A stretch of DNA of 25,365 nucleotides from a virus (lineage: Duplodnaviria > Caudoviricetes): positions 1-25,365 of the IMG/VR virus record IMGVR_UViG_3300005573_001626; one strand, 5' to 3'. The notes below the pieces were generated by a model, which saw nothing but the letters and a program-made list of their open reading frames with translations, made no database searches and was not told the origin of the DNA. Of the stretch, positions 16,846 through 24,898 are shown piece by piece. Position 1 is the stretch's first letter. Each line of letters opens with the position of its first letter. The position numbers and the translations under genes are program-made.

Positions 16846-17571
16846 TCAGTCTCCTTGTGGTTTAACGTGATGGTTACTGATCGCCGCGACGAAGGCCGGC
16901 CAGGACAACGGCAGGCTTTCCGCGATACCGTAACGGTTCTTCGCCACCAGTTGCGGCGTCTCGTAGAGAATGAGTTCCCGCTCCTGCCCCACCAGTCGGA
17001 TGGCTCCCACGAAGTCCGACCACTCGATCATCGTGTTGGCCAGGTCGGGATGGATCTCCGGGGCGGACTTCTCCAGTTCGATCCCGTCCATCGTGGTGAT
17101 CGAGCGGCGGGCGGCATGGGCCAGCAGAAGCACGGCCACGCCCGCGTTGACCAGCCGATCCAGGACGGGCAGCAAGTACTGATAGACGTAATTCTTGAGG
17201 ACCTGCCGGCCGTTGCCGTAGCCGCCGTGGGAGCGGTTGAGGGTCTGTTTCATACCCGTGGGTGTGCCGTCCACCCCGGCCACGTGCTCCTCGATCCGCC
17301 GCAGGAGCCAGTCGATGGAGTCGATCACGACCGTCTGGTACTCGTGGCCGCCGGAAGCCAGGCCGTCGAGCCAGGGCTCGATCTCGGGCCAGGTGGCCAG
17401 GTACGGCGTGCGATGGCATGAAACATGGGCCGCACCGTTTTCGCAATCGACGATCAGCGGCCGATCGGCCGAGGCCCCAAAGGTCGTCTTGCCCGAGCCG
17501 GGCGGACCGTAAACAATCCCCTTCGGGGCCCGAAAGTGGGAGTGGGTCAGGATGGTATCGGGTAGGGGCAT
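16846..17571 (-). CDS. AAA_24 / Sak4-like phage ATP-binding recombination protein
   Basis: Start reassigned to ATG 17571 (GGAG RBS). YGPPGSGKTT, TVVIDSIDWL, GYGNG, LLAH and AKNRY. Confidence 0.85.
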   Translation of the reverse strand: MPLPDTILTHSHFRAPKGIVYGPPGSGKTTFGASADRPLIVDCENGAAHVSCHRTPYLATWPEIEPWLDGLASGGHEYQTVVIDSIDWLLRRIEEHVAGVDGTPTGMKQTLNRSHGGYGNGRQVLKNYVYQYLLPVLDRLVNAGVAVLLLAHAARRSITTMDGIELEKSAPEIHPDLANTMIEWSDFVGAIRLVGQERELILYETPQLVAKNRYGIAESLPLSWPAFVAAISNHHVKPQGD

Positions 17572-17613
17572 AGCGTCGTTCTCCCAGGCTGTTGGAAGTC
17601 GATGGTTCAAAAG

Positions 17614-17692
17614 GCCGGTCGCCTGCGGGCGGGGCAGCGATCCTCCTCCATGACATGCCTACCCGGCTTGCAAGACCCGACAGGCGACCGGC
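17614..17692. other. Intergenic long stem-loop (perfect 12-bp inverted repeat)
   Basis: GCCGGTCGCCTG (17614-17625) pairs with CAGGCGACCGGC (17681-17692). Starts just after the nuclease stop codon. Confidence 0.7.
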
Positions 17693-17693
17693 T

Positions 17694-18494
17694 CTAGACG
17701 TAATCGAACACGCGGCACTCTTCGTAGCCGGTGGGCCACGTGTCGGTGGCTAGGCATCGCCGCAGTCTCTCGATAGTTGCCTCGTTCTCACGCCGGACTT
17801 GCGTCAAGATGTCTTCATGGACCTTCCAGACACCCGCACGGTATGGCTCCTTTTTCTCGACGCCGATGAAGTGGACCGGCATGAACAAGTCGATCACCTG
17901 CGAGAGCACAGCCTGGTAAAAGGCCACCTGGTGGAGGTAGCCGTAGCGCCGGGCGTCGGCCTCGAACCAGTCCAGGTCGTCGCAGGTCTTCAGGTCCACG
18001 ATCCCGCGGTGCGGGTCAAACCAGTCCATGCGAATCTGGCAAGGTATCTGGCAGTACTCAGCACGCACGACCCCTTCGGGCACTCCTTCGCTCAAGAGGT
18101 CCCTAGCCAGGCCGTGGCTGCGAATCCCTTCGGCCATGCGCTCGACCAGGTCGTATTGCTGTACTGTGAGGACAGGCTTGCCCTGCTCGGCGGCCCACTC
18201 GGCAAACGCCTTGGTGTTTGCGCCGTAGAGTTCGCCGGTCTTGGGATTGACCGGCCCACCCACGGCGTACTGTTCCTTGAAGGCGTCCGGGCCTTCCAGC
18301 ACCCGCGTGTGCAGCGCCCGACCCACCAGAAAGGCCGGCCGGTCCTCCTCTTCGATCAGTCCCAGCTTCTTCTTGCGGTACAGCAGCGGGCTGCGGCGGA
18401 AGTCGGCAAGCTGATGGCTCGTCAGGTACTCCGAGGCCTTGGCCTGATAGACTTCGGCCGATTCGCGGATCAGAAACGAAGGGATGACCGTCAT
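17694..18494 (-). CDS. PD-(D/E)XK exonuclease, RecE/DUF3799-like
   Basis: Start reassigned to ATG 18494 (GGAG RBS). GRALHTRVLE, CQIRMDW, IVDLKT, YLHQVAFY and VEKKEPY. Confidence 0.85.
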   Translation of the reverse strand: MTVIPSFLIRESAEVYQAKASEYLTSHQLADFRRSPLLYRKKKLGLIEEEDRPAFLVGRALHTRVLEGPDAFKEQYAVGGPVNPKTGELYGANTKAFAEWAAEQGKPVLTVQQYDLVERMAEGIRSHGLARDLLSEGVPEGVVRAEYCQIPCQIRMDWFDPHRGIVDLKTCDDLDWFEADARRYGYLHQVAFYQAVLSQVIDLFMPVHFIGVEKKEPYRAGVWKVHEDILTQVRRENEATIERLRRCLATDTWPTGYEECRVFDYV

Positions 18495-18619
18495 CGTGGC
18501 ATCTCCATAAGGCTGTGGGTGCGTCAGCGGCCGACCGTACCGAGACAGAAGGGTCTTCGCCGGACGGTGTCGAGCCGGCGAAGACGCTTGGGCACGCCTC
18601 GTCATGGAACGTGCGGCCC

Positions 18620-18658
18620 CTATTGGTTAACTACCCGGTCAGGAGGCGAATTGACGGA
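18620..18658 (-). promoter_or_regulatory. Copy A of the conserved bipartite promoter-like motif, upstream of the recombination/replication operon
   Basis: Minus strand TCCGTCA-N11-GACCGGGTAGTTAACCAATAG. Both boxes and the spacing are identical to 22492-22530. Confidence 0.75.
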
Positions 18659-18665
18659 GAAGATT

Positions 18666-19292
18666 TCACAAGTAGTCTCGCAGTCCAGCCTGCTCGAAGT
18701 AGCGGCGCAGCTTCCGCACCCGATCGGCCAGCGTGGTACGCGGTATGCCCAGATCGCGGGCGATTTGGGAGAGGCTGTCCGTCTTCAGCCGCCGAGCCAG
18801 TTCGCCCAGCTCGGGCGGCAAGCTGGCGATCACGTCGTGCACATCCATGGCGAGTGCGGCCAGCTCGTGTTCCTCGCGTGTGGCACGCCCGAGGCGTGCG
18901 TCCAAGTGCCGCCGACTGATGGTATCGGCCAGTACCACGGGACCTTCTTCTTTGTCCGCGGCAACGACCGCGCTCAGCGAATGGACATGGCGGTGATCGC
19001 GTTTTTCGGCCCGTTTGGCCCGCAATACGTTGGCCGCTTGCCGCTGCACCAGGGCGGTCACGAAGGCATGCCGATGCCCCTGTTGGGGATCGTAGCTGGC
19101 CGCGTGCTTGAGCAGCTTCAGGCGAAGTTCTTGCTCGATACAATCGCGGTCGCTCCAGGTAAACCCAGGCAGCCGGGCCAGTTGGCGTGCCTTGTGGCGG
19201 ATGAGCCGTTCGGCGAAGCCGTCGAGGATTGGCTCGTTTTCTGGCTGGGCGGGCGAGCCGGAACCGGGATAGAGCTCGTTGGGACTTGTCAT
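18666..19292 (-). CDS. ECF-like sigma-70 family factor
   Basis: Region-2-like LIRHKARQL...DCIEQELRLKLL...YDP...FVTALVQRQAANVLR and region-4 HTH SLSQIARDLGIPRTTL. GAGGAG RBS. Confidence 0.82.
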   Translation of the reverse strand: MTSPNELYPGSGSPAQPENEPILDGFAERLIRHKARQLARLPGFTWSDRDCIEQELRLKLLKHAASYDPQQGHRHAFVTALVQRQAANVLRAKRAEKRDHRHVHSLSAVVAADKEEGPVVLADTISRRHLDARLGRATREEHELAALAMDVHDVIASLPPELGELARRLKTDSLSQIARDLGIPRTTLADRVRKLRRYFEQAGLRDYL

Positions 19293-19373
19293 GCCGCAAA
19301 CTCCTCAAGAGGGGGATTTCCTGCCGTGCCCGATGCACGGCGTCCCTCTCCGCGGAACTTGCAGCAAATTCGC

Positions 19374-19414
19374 AAAAAAAACTTGCGGCATCGCGTAACT
19401 GGCGATGCCGCAAG
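19374..19414 (-). terminator. Intrinsic terminator between the lexA operon and the sigma gene
   Basis: Perfect 13-bp stem CTTGCGGCATCGC/GCGATGCCGCAAG with a 7-nt loop, followed by 8 T on the minus strand. Confidence 0.75.
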
Positions 19415-19474
19415 AAGATATCACTCCGGAAAACCGCTCTTGCACTTGCACGAAATCGGTGGAACTGCAAGCGG

Positions 19475-20443
19475 TTAAGATCGCGCCCGGCTGCCAGCCG
19501 GGGCCTTCCATCTCATGATTTGGTCCAGGTCCTGAGCCGTCTCCCAATACAACCGCAGCTCGCGGGCGTTGCTGTCCTTCAGGCAGCGGCTCACGTCCGC
19601 CTCAGTGAGCCCGGTTCGCTCGGCCAACTGCTTCTGGCTCGGGCGCGGCAGCAGTGCCGGAGTACCAGTACGGTCCATCGTCGCGTAGGCGTAATCGCGG
19701 GCGGCGCGCAGGTGGGCGATCAATTCCTTCTCCAGTACCTCGATCTTGGCCGCCCGCTCGGCGCGTTTCCGCTTCGGGCGTTCGGCTTTTGCGGCGCCGG
19801 TCAGGCCTGCGTCGGCCAAGCGGCCTTCCACGTATTCCCCATCGAAACGGATGCTTCCATCCTCCAGAGAAAGCGCCGACTCCAGCGCGATCACCAAGTT
19901 TTCCACCGCCCCGGCCCAGCGCCGGGCAGCCGCCTCCGTGGGTGTGAAGAGGACGGCTCTCGGACGCCGGGACATTTCTGTCACGAGGCTGCTGCCATCG
20001 TCGCGGCGATAACATCGGGCGAAGTACACTTCGCGCCGTCTTGCTGCCCACGTGACCTTGCCTACAAGCCATAGCCGTCCAGGCATGACCTCGGTCGCTG
20101 GCCCGGAAACGCCGGCGTCGCTGAAGGCTGCTCTCAGAAAACCGGCCGGGTCGATCCGCCACCGCCTCAGGCTATCCAAGGCCACCTCGACGATGCCGCA
20201 CTGCGGGCAATGGATATAGCCGTGCCTGGCGTGCGTCGTGCTGTCGGCAATATACTGGACGCGGTGCTGCGGGCCAAACAGGCATTCCGGGCAACAGGCA
20301 CTGCCGGCCGGAGTCGTCTCCCGCAGCACGCCCAGCCGGAGCAGCAGTTCCAAGTCGGCTCCGTATGCCCGGAGTTCCCGCCAGTACAACACCGGCGGCT
20401 CAATCTCCAGCCGTTGCAAGACCGTCGGTAGCACGTCCCGCAC
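19475..20443 (-). CDS. Hypothetical protein with a zinc ribbon and C-terminal HTH (putative regulator)
   Basis: 322 aa. CPEC...CPQC; C-terminal PSQKQLAERTGLTEADVSRCL. Overlaps the upstream gene. Confidence 0.75.
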   Translation of the reverse strand: MRDVLPTVLQRLEIEPPVLYWRELRAYGADLELLLRLGVLRETTPAGSACCPECLFGPQHRVQYIADSTTHARHGYIHCPQCGIVEVALDSLRRWRIDPAGFLRAAFSDAGVSGPATEVMPGRLWLVGKVTWAARRREVYFARCYRRDDGSSLVTEMSRRPRAVLFTPTEAAARRWAGAVENLVIALESALSLEDGSIRFDGEYVEGRLADAGLTGAAKAERPKRKRAERAAKIEVLEKELIAHLRAARDYAYATMDRTGTPALLPRPSQKQLAERTGLTEADVSRCLKDSNARELRLYWETAQDLDQIMRWKAPAGSRARS

Positions 20444-21602
20444 GATCGATCTCCCACCGTTTCAGATACTTCTCGACCAGTTCAACCCGCTCCGGCCTGG
20501 CGCCGCGAAGGCTGCACGAACTGGGAAACCCCACATCGAAAGTCAGTCGCCCTGGCCTTCTCCCCTCCATCGGGAGAAACTCGAAACAGAAGGTCACCAG
20601 GTTCACCCACACCTCCGAGAGCGGCAGCCGCTCCTGGTTCAGGCACTCCTCGATTGTCCTGTGGATGCTGTCCTCGGGGTCGTCTGCGTCGATTTCCACG
20701 AAGATGCGCCGTCCGCTGTTCTTCGGCACCAGACGCATCTTGGAGATATGCACCCGAAGGTGGTCCTCCGGGTCCGTCTGGAGCTTGAAGGACGGGTCCT
20801 TCAAATGATCCAGCTCGTAGGCCGCCTCCGGATTCCACGGCCCCAGTTCCTGACCAAGCACAGACCGCGCAAAGATCTCCTCCAACCGCTGCTTCAGCTT
20901 GGGCGGCAACTTGGCATACAGCTCCAGCGCCCCTTCGCTTGGAGTGTAGGCGAACACGATCGCAAACGTAGCGCGGAACGTGCTGGGGGCGAGCTTCCCA
21001 TCCTCGTCGTGCGTCGTAACGTTCTGGACGAAGTCGTCCGGGTAGGCGAAGAAATAGATCGTTTCGCCGCGCTCCAACACCTCCACAGTGCAGACCTTGC
21101 CACGACCCTGCTCCCTGGTGAGCAGGGAAGCGATCTCTTCCTCCAGCCGCACCCGCGTCGCGGCACTCGTGTCGGGTGCGAGCCTAGGCAGGTCGTTCCG
21201 TTTCCGCCACCAACTCAGATGCTCGACCTGATGGATCAGCATCGCCTTTTCGAATGCCTCCGGGCGGTTCAGCCATGCCCACATGGATTTGCCGTATGGG
21301 CCAAGCTCCTCCGGCATCACCTCGGACAACTTGCAGTCGCCGCAACGCACCGCCCCCTCGAAGATCGCGCCCAAACCGGTCTCGCAAGCCAGGTCGAAGA
21401 CGCTGCGCATTTCGCCTTCGATCCGATCCTGGTCAGCGCGGGACATCCCGCTGAGCGCCTTGACCACAGGTTCGATCTCCCGTTCGCCGAGCTGCTCCCA
21501 AGGGATGCCAAGATCACCGTACCCGAGCCGCTGGAAGAAATCCTTCAGTAGGCGATTCGGGACCATCCGCAGCACAGTCGGAATGGAAAACTGCCGCGAC
21601 AC
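20400..21602 (-). CDS. Hypothetical protein (400 aa) co-transcribed with lexA
   Basis: GTG start 3 bp after the lexA stop, with an AGGAGG RBS. Protein-like composition, no recognisable motif. Confidence 0.78.
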   Translation of the reverse strand: MSRQFSIPTVLRMVPNRLLKDFFQRLGYGDLGIPWEQLGEREIEPVVKALSGMSRADQDRIEGEMRSVFDLACETGLGAIFEGAVRCGDCKLSEVMPEELGPYGKSMWAWLNRPEAFEKAMLIHQVEHLSWWRKRNDLPRLAPDTSAATRVRLEEEIASLLTREQGRGKVCTVEVLERGETIYFFAYPDDFVQNVTTHDEDGKLAPSTFRATFAIVFAYTPSEGALELYAKLPPKLKQRLEEIFARSVLGQELGPWNPEAAYELDHLKDPSFKLQTDPEDHLRVHISKMRLVPKNSGRRIFVEIDADDPEDSIHRTIEECLNQERLPLSEVWVNLVTFCFEFLPMEGRRPGRLTFDVGFPSSCSLRGARPERVELVEKYLKRWEIDRAGRATDGLATAGD

Positions 21603-21605
21603 TTT

Positions 21606-22253
21606 CTACCCTCCTGCACAAGCTCTAACTGCCAACACCTTGCCTATGATTTGAAAGTCCATTTCCGGGCCGAGCACGATCGGCCGATACCGCCGATTCT
21701 CTGGCCGCAGCTCGATTCGATCGCCCCGGATATGGAGCCGTTTGACCGTGGCCTCCCCTCCGACGAGCGCCACGACGATGTCGCCGCTCTCAGCAACGGG
21801 CTGTAGCCGAACGATGACGATGTGGCCATCTCGAATACCCGCGTTCACCATGCTGTCGCCCCGTACCCGCAGCGCGAAACACCGCCCCCGCCGCGCTAGG
21901 CTGGACTCGACGAGAATCTCGCCCAAGATATTCTCTTCGGCCAGCACCGGCTGGCCAGCAGCCACCACGCCCACGAGCGGCACCGGTACAAGCTCTTCCA
22001 GTTCATCTTCCGGTTCCCGGACCACGGCCAATCCCCGCGCTTTGCGCGGCTCGTGTCTCACGTAGCCCTTCCTCGCCAAGTGGCCGAGATGCTCGTGGAC
22101 TGTCGCAGGCCGGACTCCGAGAAGCTCGGCCAGCTCCTGCACGGTGGGCGGAAATTGCCGCTGGGCAATGAACTCGGATATCGCTTTCAGGACCCGCCGC
22201 TGTGCCGCGGTGAGAACGGACCCTGACGGGCTGCGCGAACGCTTGCCGACCAT
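21606..22253 (-). CDS. lexA: LexA-family repressor (element-encoded)
   Basis: Start reassigned to ATG 22253 (GGAG RBS). Winged HTH PPTVQELA...HLARKGY, Ala-Gly cleavage site VAAGQP, catalytic Ser (GDSM) and Lys (EATVKR). Confidence 0.92.
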   Translation of the reverse strand: MVGKRSRSPSGSVLTAAQRRVLKAISEFIAQRQFPPTVQELAELLGVRPATVHEHLGHLARKGYVRHEPRKARGLAVVREPEDELEELVPVPLVGVVAAGQPVLAEENILGEILVESSLARRGRCFALRVRGDSMVNAGIRDGHIVIVRLQPVAESGDIVVALVGGEATVKRLHIRGDRIELRPENRRYRPIVLGPEMDFQIIGKVLAVRACAGG

Positions 22254-22302
22254 ATTCGAACTCCGTGGCGGACATTGGGTAGACTCCACCTTGGGACGAA
22301 TA

Positions 22303-22338
22303 CCGAATCTTTATTCGGGTAACCGTAATAGTATACGG
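22303..22338. promoter_or_regulatory. Two tandem 16-bp palindromes, candidate repressor operators
   Basis: CCGAAT-CTTT-ATTCGG (22303-22318) and CCGTA-ATAGTA-TACGG (22323-22338). Consensus CCGWA-N6-TWCGG. Confidence 0.6.
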
Positions 22339-22491
22339 AAATGCTCGGCATGCACAAGAGGCACGCAAGCACCGCACGTAACATACTAACTGACAAGGTG
22401 TTGCGTTGGCGCTGGACCTAACGCCGGTGCGACTCGGGCCCGTTTGTTGTGCGTTTTCAGATGCGTTCGACGAGGCGTGCAATGGTTTTTT

Positions 22492-22530
22492 TCCGTCAGC
22501 TCCCTCGGCGACCGGGTAGTTAACCAATAG
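22492..22530 (+). promoter_or_regulatory. Copy B of the conserved bipartite promoter-like motif, upstream of the recombinase operon
   Basis: TCCGTCA-N11-GACCGGGTAGTTAACCAATAG. Confidence 0.75.
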
Positions 22531-22589
22531 CGGGCAACACTTCAGTCTGGACTTCCATGGCCTTTCTGACCACCCCAGGAGAACAATCG

Positions 22590-22799
22590 ATGCGCCCAGT
22601 GAATGCGGCCGACGAGGTCTCGGCCCGAGAACCGCTCGGCCTGATCGCCCGCCTCTTTGCCGCCGCCATTCTGCGTCTCCACACGCGCGGCCTTTTGGCA
22701 GCTGGCCCCGATGGCCTGGAGCCGAAAAATCCTGCGAACTCCGACCGCCAGGGCCTTGAACTTTCCGGCGACCGGAGGCTCAGTGTCGGTACTGGTTGA
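22590..22799 (+). CDS. Small hypothetical protein leading the recombinase operon
   Basis: AGGAG RBS before ATG 22590; 69 aa with an amphipathic helix LIARLFAAAILRL. Confidence 0.55.
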   Translation: MRPVNAADEVSAREPLGLIARLFAAAILRLHTRGLLAAGPDGLEPKNPANSDRQGLELSGDRRLSVGTG

Positions 22800-22832
22800 C
22801 GGTTTCGGTAGCCCGACAGAGGAGAAAACAGC

Positions 22833-23333
22833 ATGCCACTGAACATCGCAAGAGAAATCGCCCGGATGCAGCAGATGACGCCCAAAGAGCTCCAGGAGAA
22901 GTACGCCGAGGTCTTCGGCTACCCGCCCCGCAGCCGCAACAAGCTGTGGCTCATCAAACGGATCGCTTGGCGTCTGCAGGCCAACGAGGAGGGCGACCTT
23001 CCCGAACGGGCCCGCCGCCGGGCTGCGGAACTGGCCAATGACGCGGACCTGCGGCTGACGGCACCGCGCCTGCCCCATGGTTCTCCAGACGGGGAGGAGC
23101 GGACCGTACGCCTAGCGGCCCGCTTTTCGGGCCCCACACGCCTGCCGCCGGTGGGCACGATCCTCACGCGGCTGTACAAAGGGCGCCTGGTCCAGGTGAC
23201 TGTTCTCCCGGAAGGTTTCGAGTACGAAGGCAAACTCTACAAGTCCCTCAGTGCGGTGGCCAAGGCGATCACAGGCACGCACTGGAATGGATACCACTTC
23301 TTCGGACTGACGAAGCCGGGAGGTGCCCCATGA
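22833..23333 (+). CDS. DUF2924-like protein
   Basis: ELQEKYAEVFG...LIKRIAWRLQ...GTILTRLYKG...GFEYEGKLYKSLSAVAKAITGTHWNGYHFFGL. ATGA-coupled to the recombinase. Confidence 0.85.
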   Translation: MPLNIAREIARMQQMTPKELQEKYAEVFGYPPRSRNKLWLIKRIAWRLQANEEGDLPERARRRAAELANDADLRLTAPRLPHGSPDGEERTVRLAARFSGPTRLPPVGTILTRLYKGRLVQVTVLPEGFEYEGKLYKSLSAVAKAITGTHWNGYHFFGLTKPGGAP

Positions 23334-24898
23334 GCCAGCCAACGGCAGCCGTGACAGGTCAACCGCCGCTGGCGATCCGCTGTGCGATCTATACCCGCAA
23401 GAGCACGGAAGAAGGGCTGGACCAGGACTTCAACTCGCTGGACGCCCAGCGGGAATCGGCGGAGGCGTTCATCCAAAGCCAACAGCAGGAGGGCTGGCTG
23501 TGCCTGCCCGATCGTTACGACGACGGTGGCTACTCGGGGGGCAGCATGGACCGGCCTGCGCTCAAGCGGCTGTTGGCCGACATCGGGGCGGGCCGCATCG
23601 ATTGCGTGGTGGTCTACAAGGTGGACCGGCTGAGCCGCTCGCTTCTGGACTTCGCAAGAATCCTGGAGACGTTCGAAGAGCACCACGTTTCGTTCGTTTC
23701 TGTCACCCAGCAGTTCAACACGGCCACCAGCATGGGCCGGCTGATCTTGAACGTGCTGTTGTCGTTTGCCCAATTCGAAAGGGAGATGATCTCGGAGCGC
23801 ACACGGGACAAGATGGCCGCGGCCCGGCGGAAGGGGAAGTACGTCGGCGGGCGGCCGATCCTGGGCTACGACGTGGTGGACAGGAAACTGGTGGTCAACC
23901 CGTCCGAAGCCGAGCAGGTGCGGCAGATTTTTCAGTTGTACCTGGAACATCGTTCGCTGATGCCGGTAGTCAAAGAGCTGAATCGCCGGGGCTGGCGGAC
24001 CAAACGGTGGACCACCAAGAAAGGCCGCACCATGGGCGGGCAGCTCTTTACCAAGAACCGCTTATACCAGCTATTGACCAACCACGCCTACGTGGGCAAG
24101 GTCCGTTACAAGGGCGAAATCCACGAGGGCCAGCACCAGGCCATTGTGGACGGCGACCTGTTCCAGCAGGTTCAGGCGACCTTGCAGCAAAACGGCCGCG
24201 GCGGGGCCGAGCGGAACAAGTACGGGGCGTTGCTGCGAGGGCTCCTCCGTTGTGCAGCGTGCCACTGCACGATGGTGCCCACCTACACATCCAAGGGTGG
24301 GCGGCGCTACCGCTACTATCTCTGCCGGCAGGCCCAGCAGCGGGGCTGGCAAAGCTGTCCAGTGCCCTCAGTTCCGGCCGGCCAGATCGAAGAGTTTGTG
24401 GTGGAGCAGATCAAGGGCATCGGGCGCGACCCGGCCCTGGTAGCCGCCACGTTGGCCGAAGTGCGGCGGCAGGCGGAAGAATCGCTCCAACGCTTGGAGA
24501 GTGAGCGGGCAACCTTGAATCGCCAGCGTCGCGACGACGAGGCCGAACTGCGGCGGCTGGCGTGTTCGCACGAGTCGAACGGCGAGCGGCTTGCCCGCCT
24601 GGCCGACCTGCAGGAACGTCTCCGCCTTGTCGAGCGGCGGCTGACCGAGATCGACGAGAAACTGGTTACGCTCTCAGGTAACCTTGTGAACGAGCAAGAG
24701 GTGGCCAAGGCTCTGGCCGAGTTTGACGTCGTCTGGGGAGCTCTTTCACAGCAGGAACAGGCTCGGGTTCTGCGCCTGCTGATCGAGCGGATCGACTATG
24801 ACGGCCGGGAAGGGAACCTTTCGATCACTTTCCGGCCCGCGGGGATCAAGATGCTGCCCGCGGAGATGACAACATCCGAAGGGGAGGAGGCTCCATGA
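23330..24898 (+). CDS. Large serine recombinase (integrase)
   Basis: YTRKST (catalytic Ser), DDGGYSGGSMDRPAL and VYKVDRLSRS, followed by a recombinase domain, a zinc ribbon (CAACHC...YYLC...C) and a coiled coil. Confidence 0.95.
   Translation: MSQPTAAVTGQPPLAIRCAIYTRKSTEEGLDQDFNSLDAQRESAEAFIQSQQQEGWLCLPDRYDDGGYSGGSMDRPALKRLLADIGAGRIDCVVVYKVDRLSRSLLDFARILETFEEHHVSFVSVTQQFNTATSMGRLILNVLLSFAQFEREMISERTRDKMAAARRKGKYVGGRPILGYDVVDRKLVVNPSEAEQVRQIFQLYLEHRSLMPVVKELNRRGWRTKRWTTKKGRTMGGQLFTKNRLYQLLTNHAYVGKVRYKGEIHEGQHQAIVDGDLFQQVQATLQQNGRGGAERNKYGALLRGLLRCAACHCTMVPTYTSKGGRRYRYYLCRQAQQRGWQSCPVPSVPAGQIEEFVVEQIKGIGRDPALVAATLAEVRRQAEESLQRLESERATLNRQRRDDEAELRRLACSHESNGERLARLADLQERLRLVERRLTEIDEKLVTLSGNLVNEQEVAKALAEFDVVWGALSQQEQARVLRLLIERIDYDGREGNLSITFRPAGIKMLPAEMTTSEGEEAP

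Noticed and set aside
17659-17685. GCCGGGTAG on the minus strand as a further copy of the promoter motif
   Set aside because: The upstream CCG(T/A)CA box is absent at the required spacing and the site lies inside a stem-loop.
17799-19478. 559-aa plus-strand ORF, and similar long ORFs at 1877-3259, 6649-7701, 15082-16200 and 20238-21551
   Set aside because: Each lies antisense to recognisable genes, as expected from GC-rich codon bias.
21606-22253. Host SOS lexA or imuABC mutagenesis cassette
   Set aside because: It is embedded among phage genes, and the downstream proteins show no RecA-like or polymerase motifs.
23323-24504. 393-aa alternative-frame ORF inside the recombinase (also 4706-5890 and 6800-7801)
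   Set aside because: Low-complexity Arg/Gly/Pro/Ala-rich frame overlapping motif-bearing genes.
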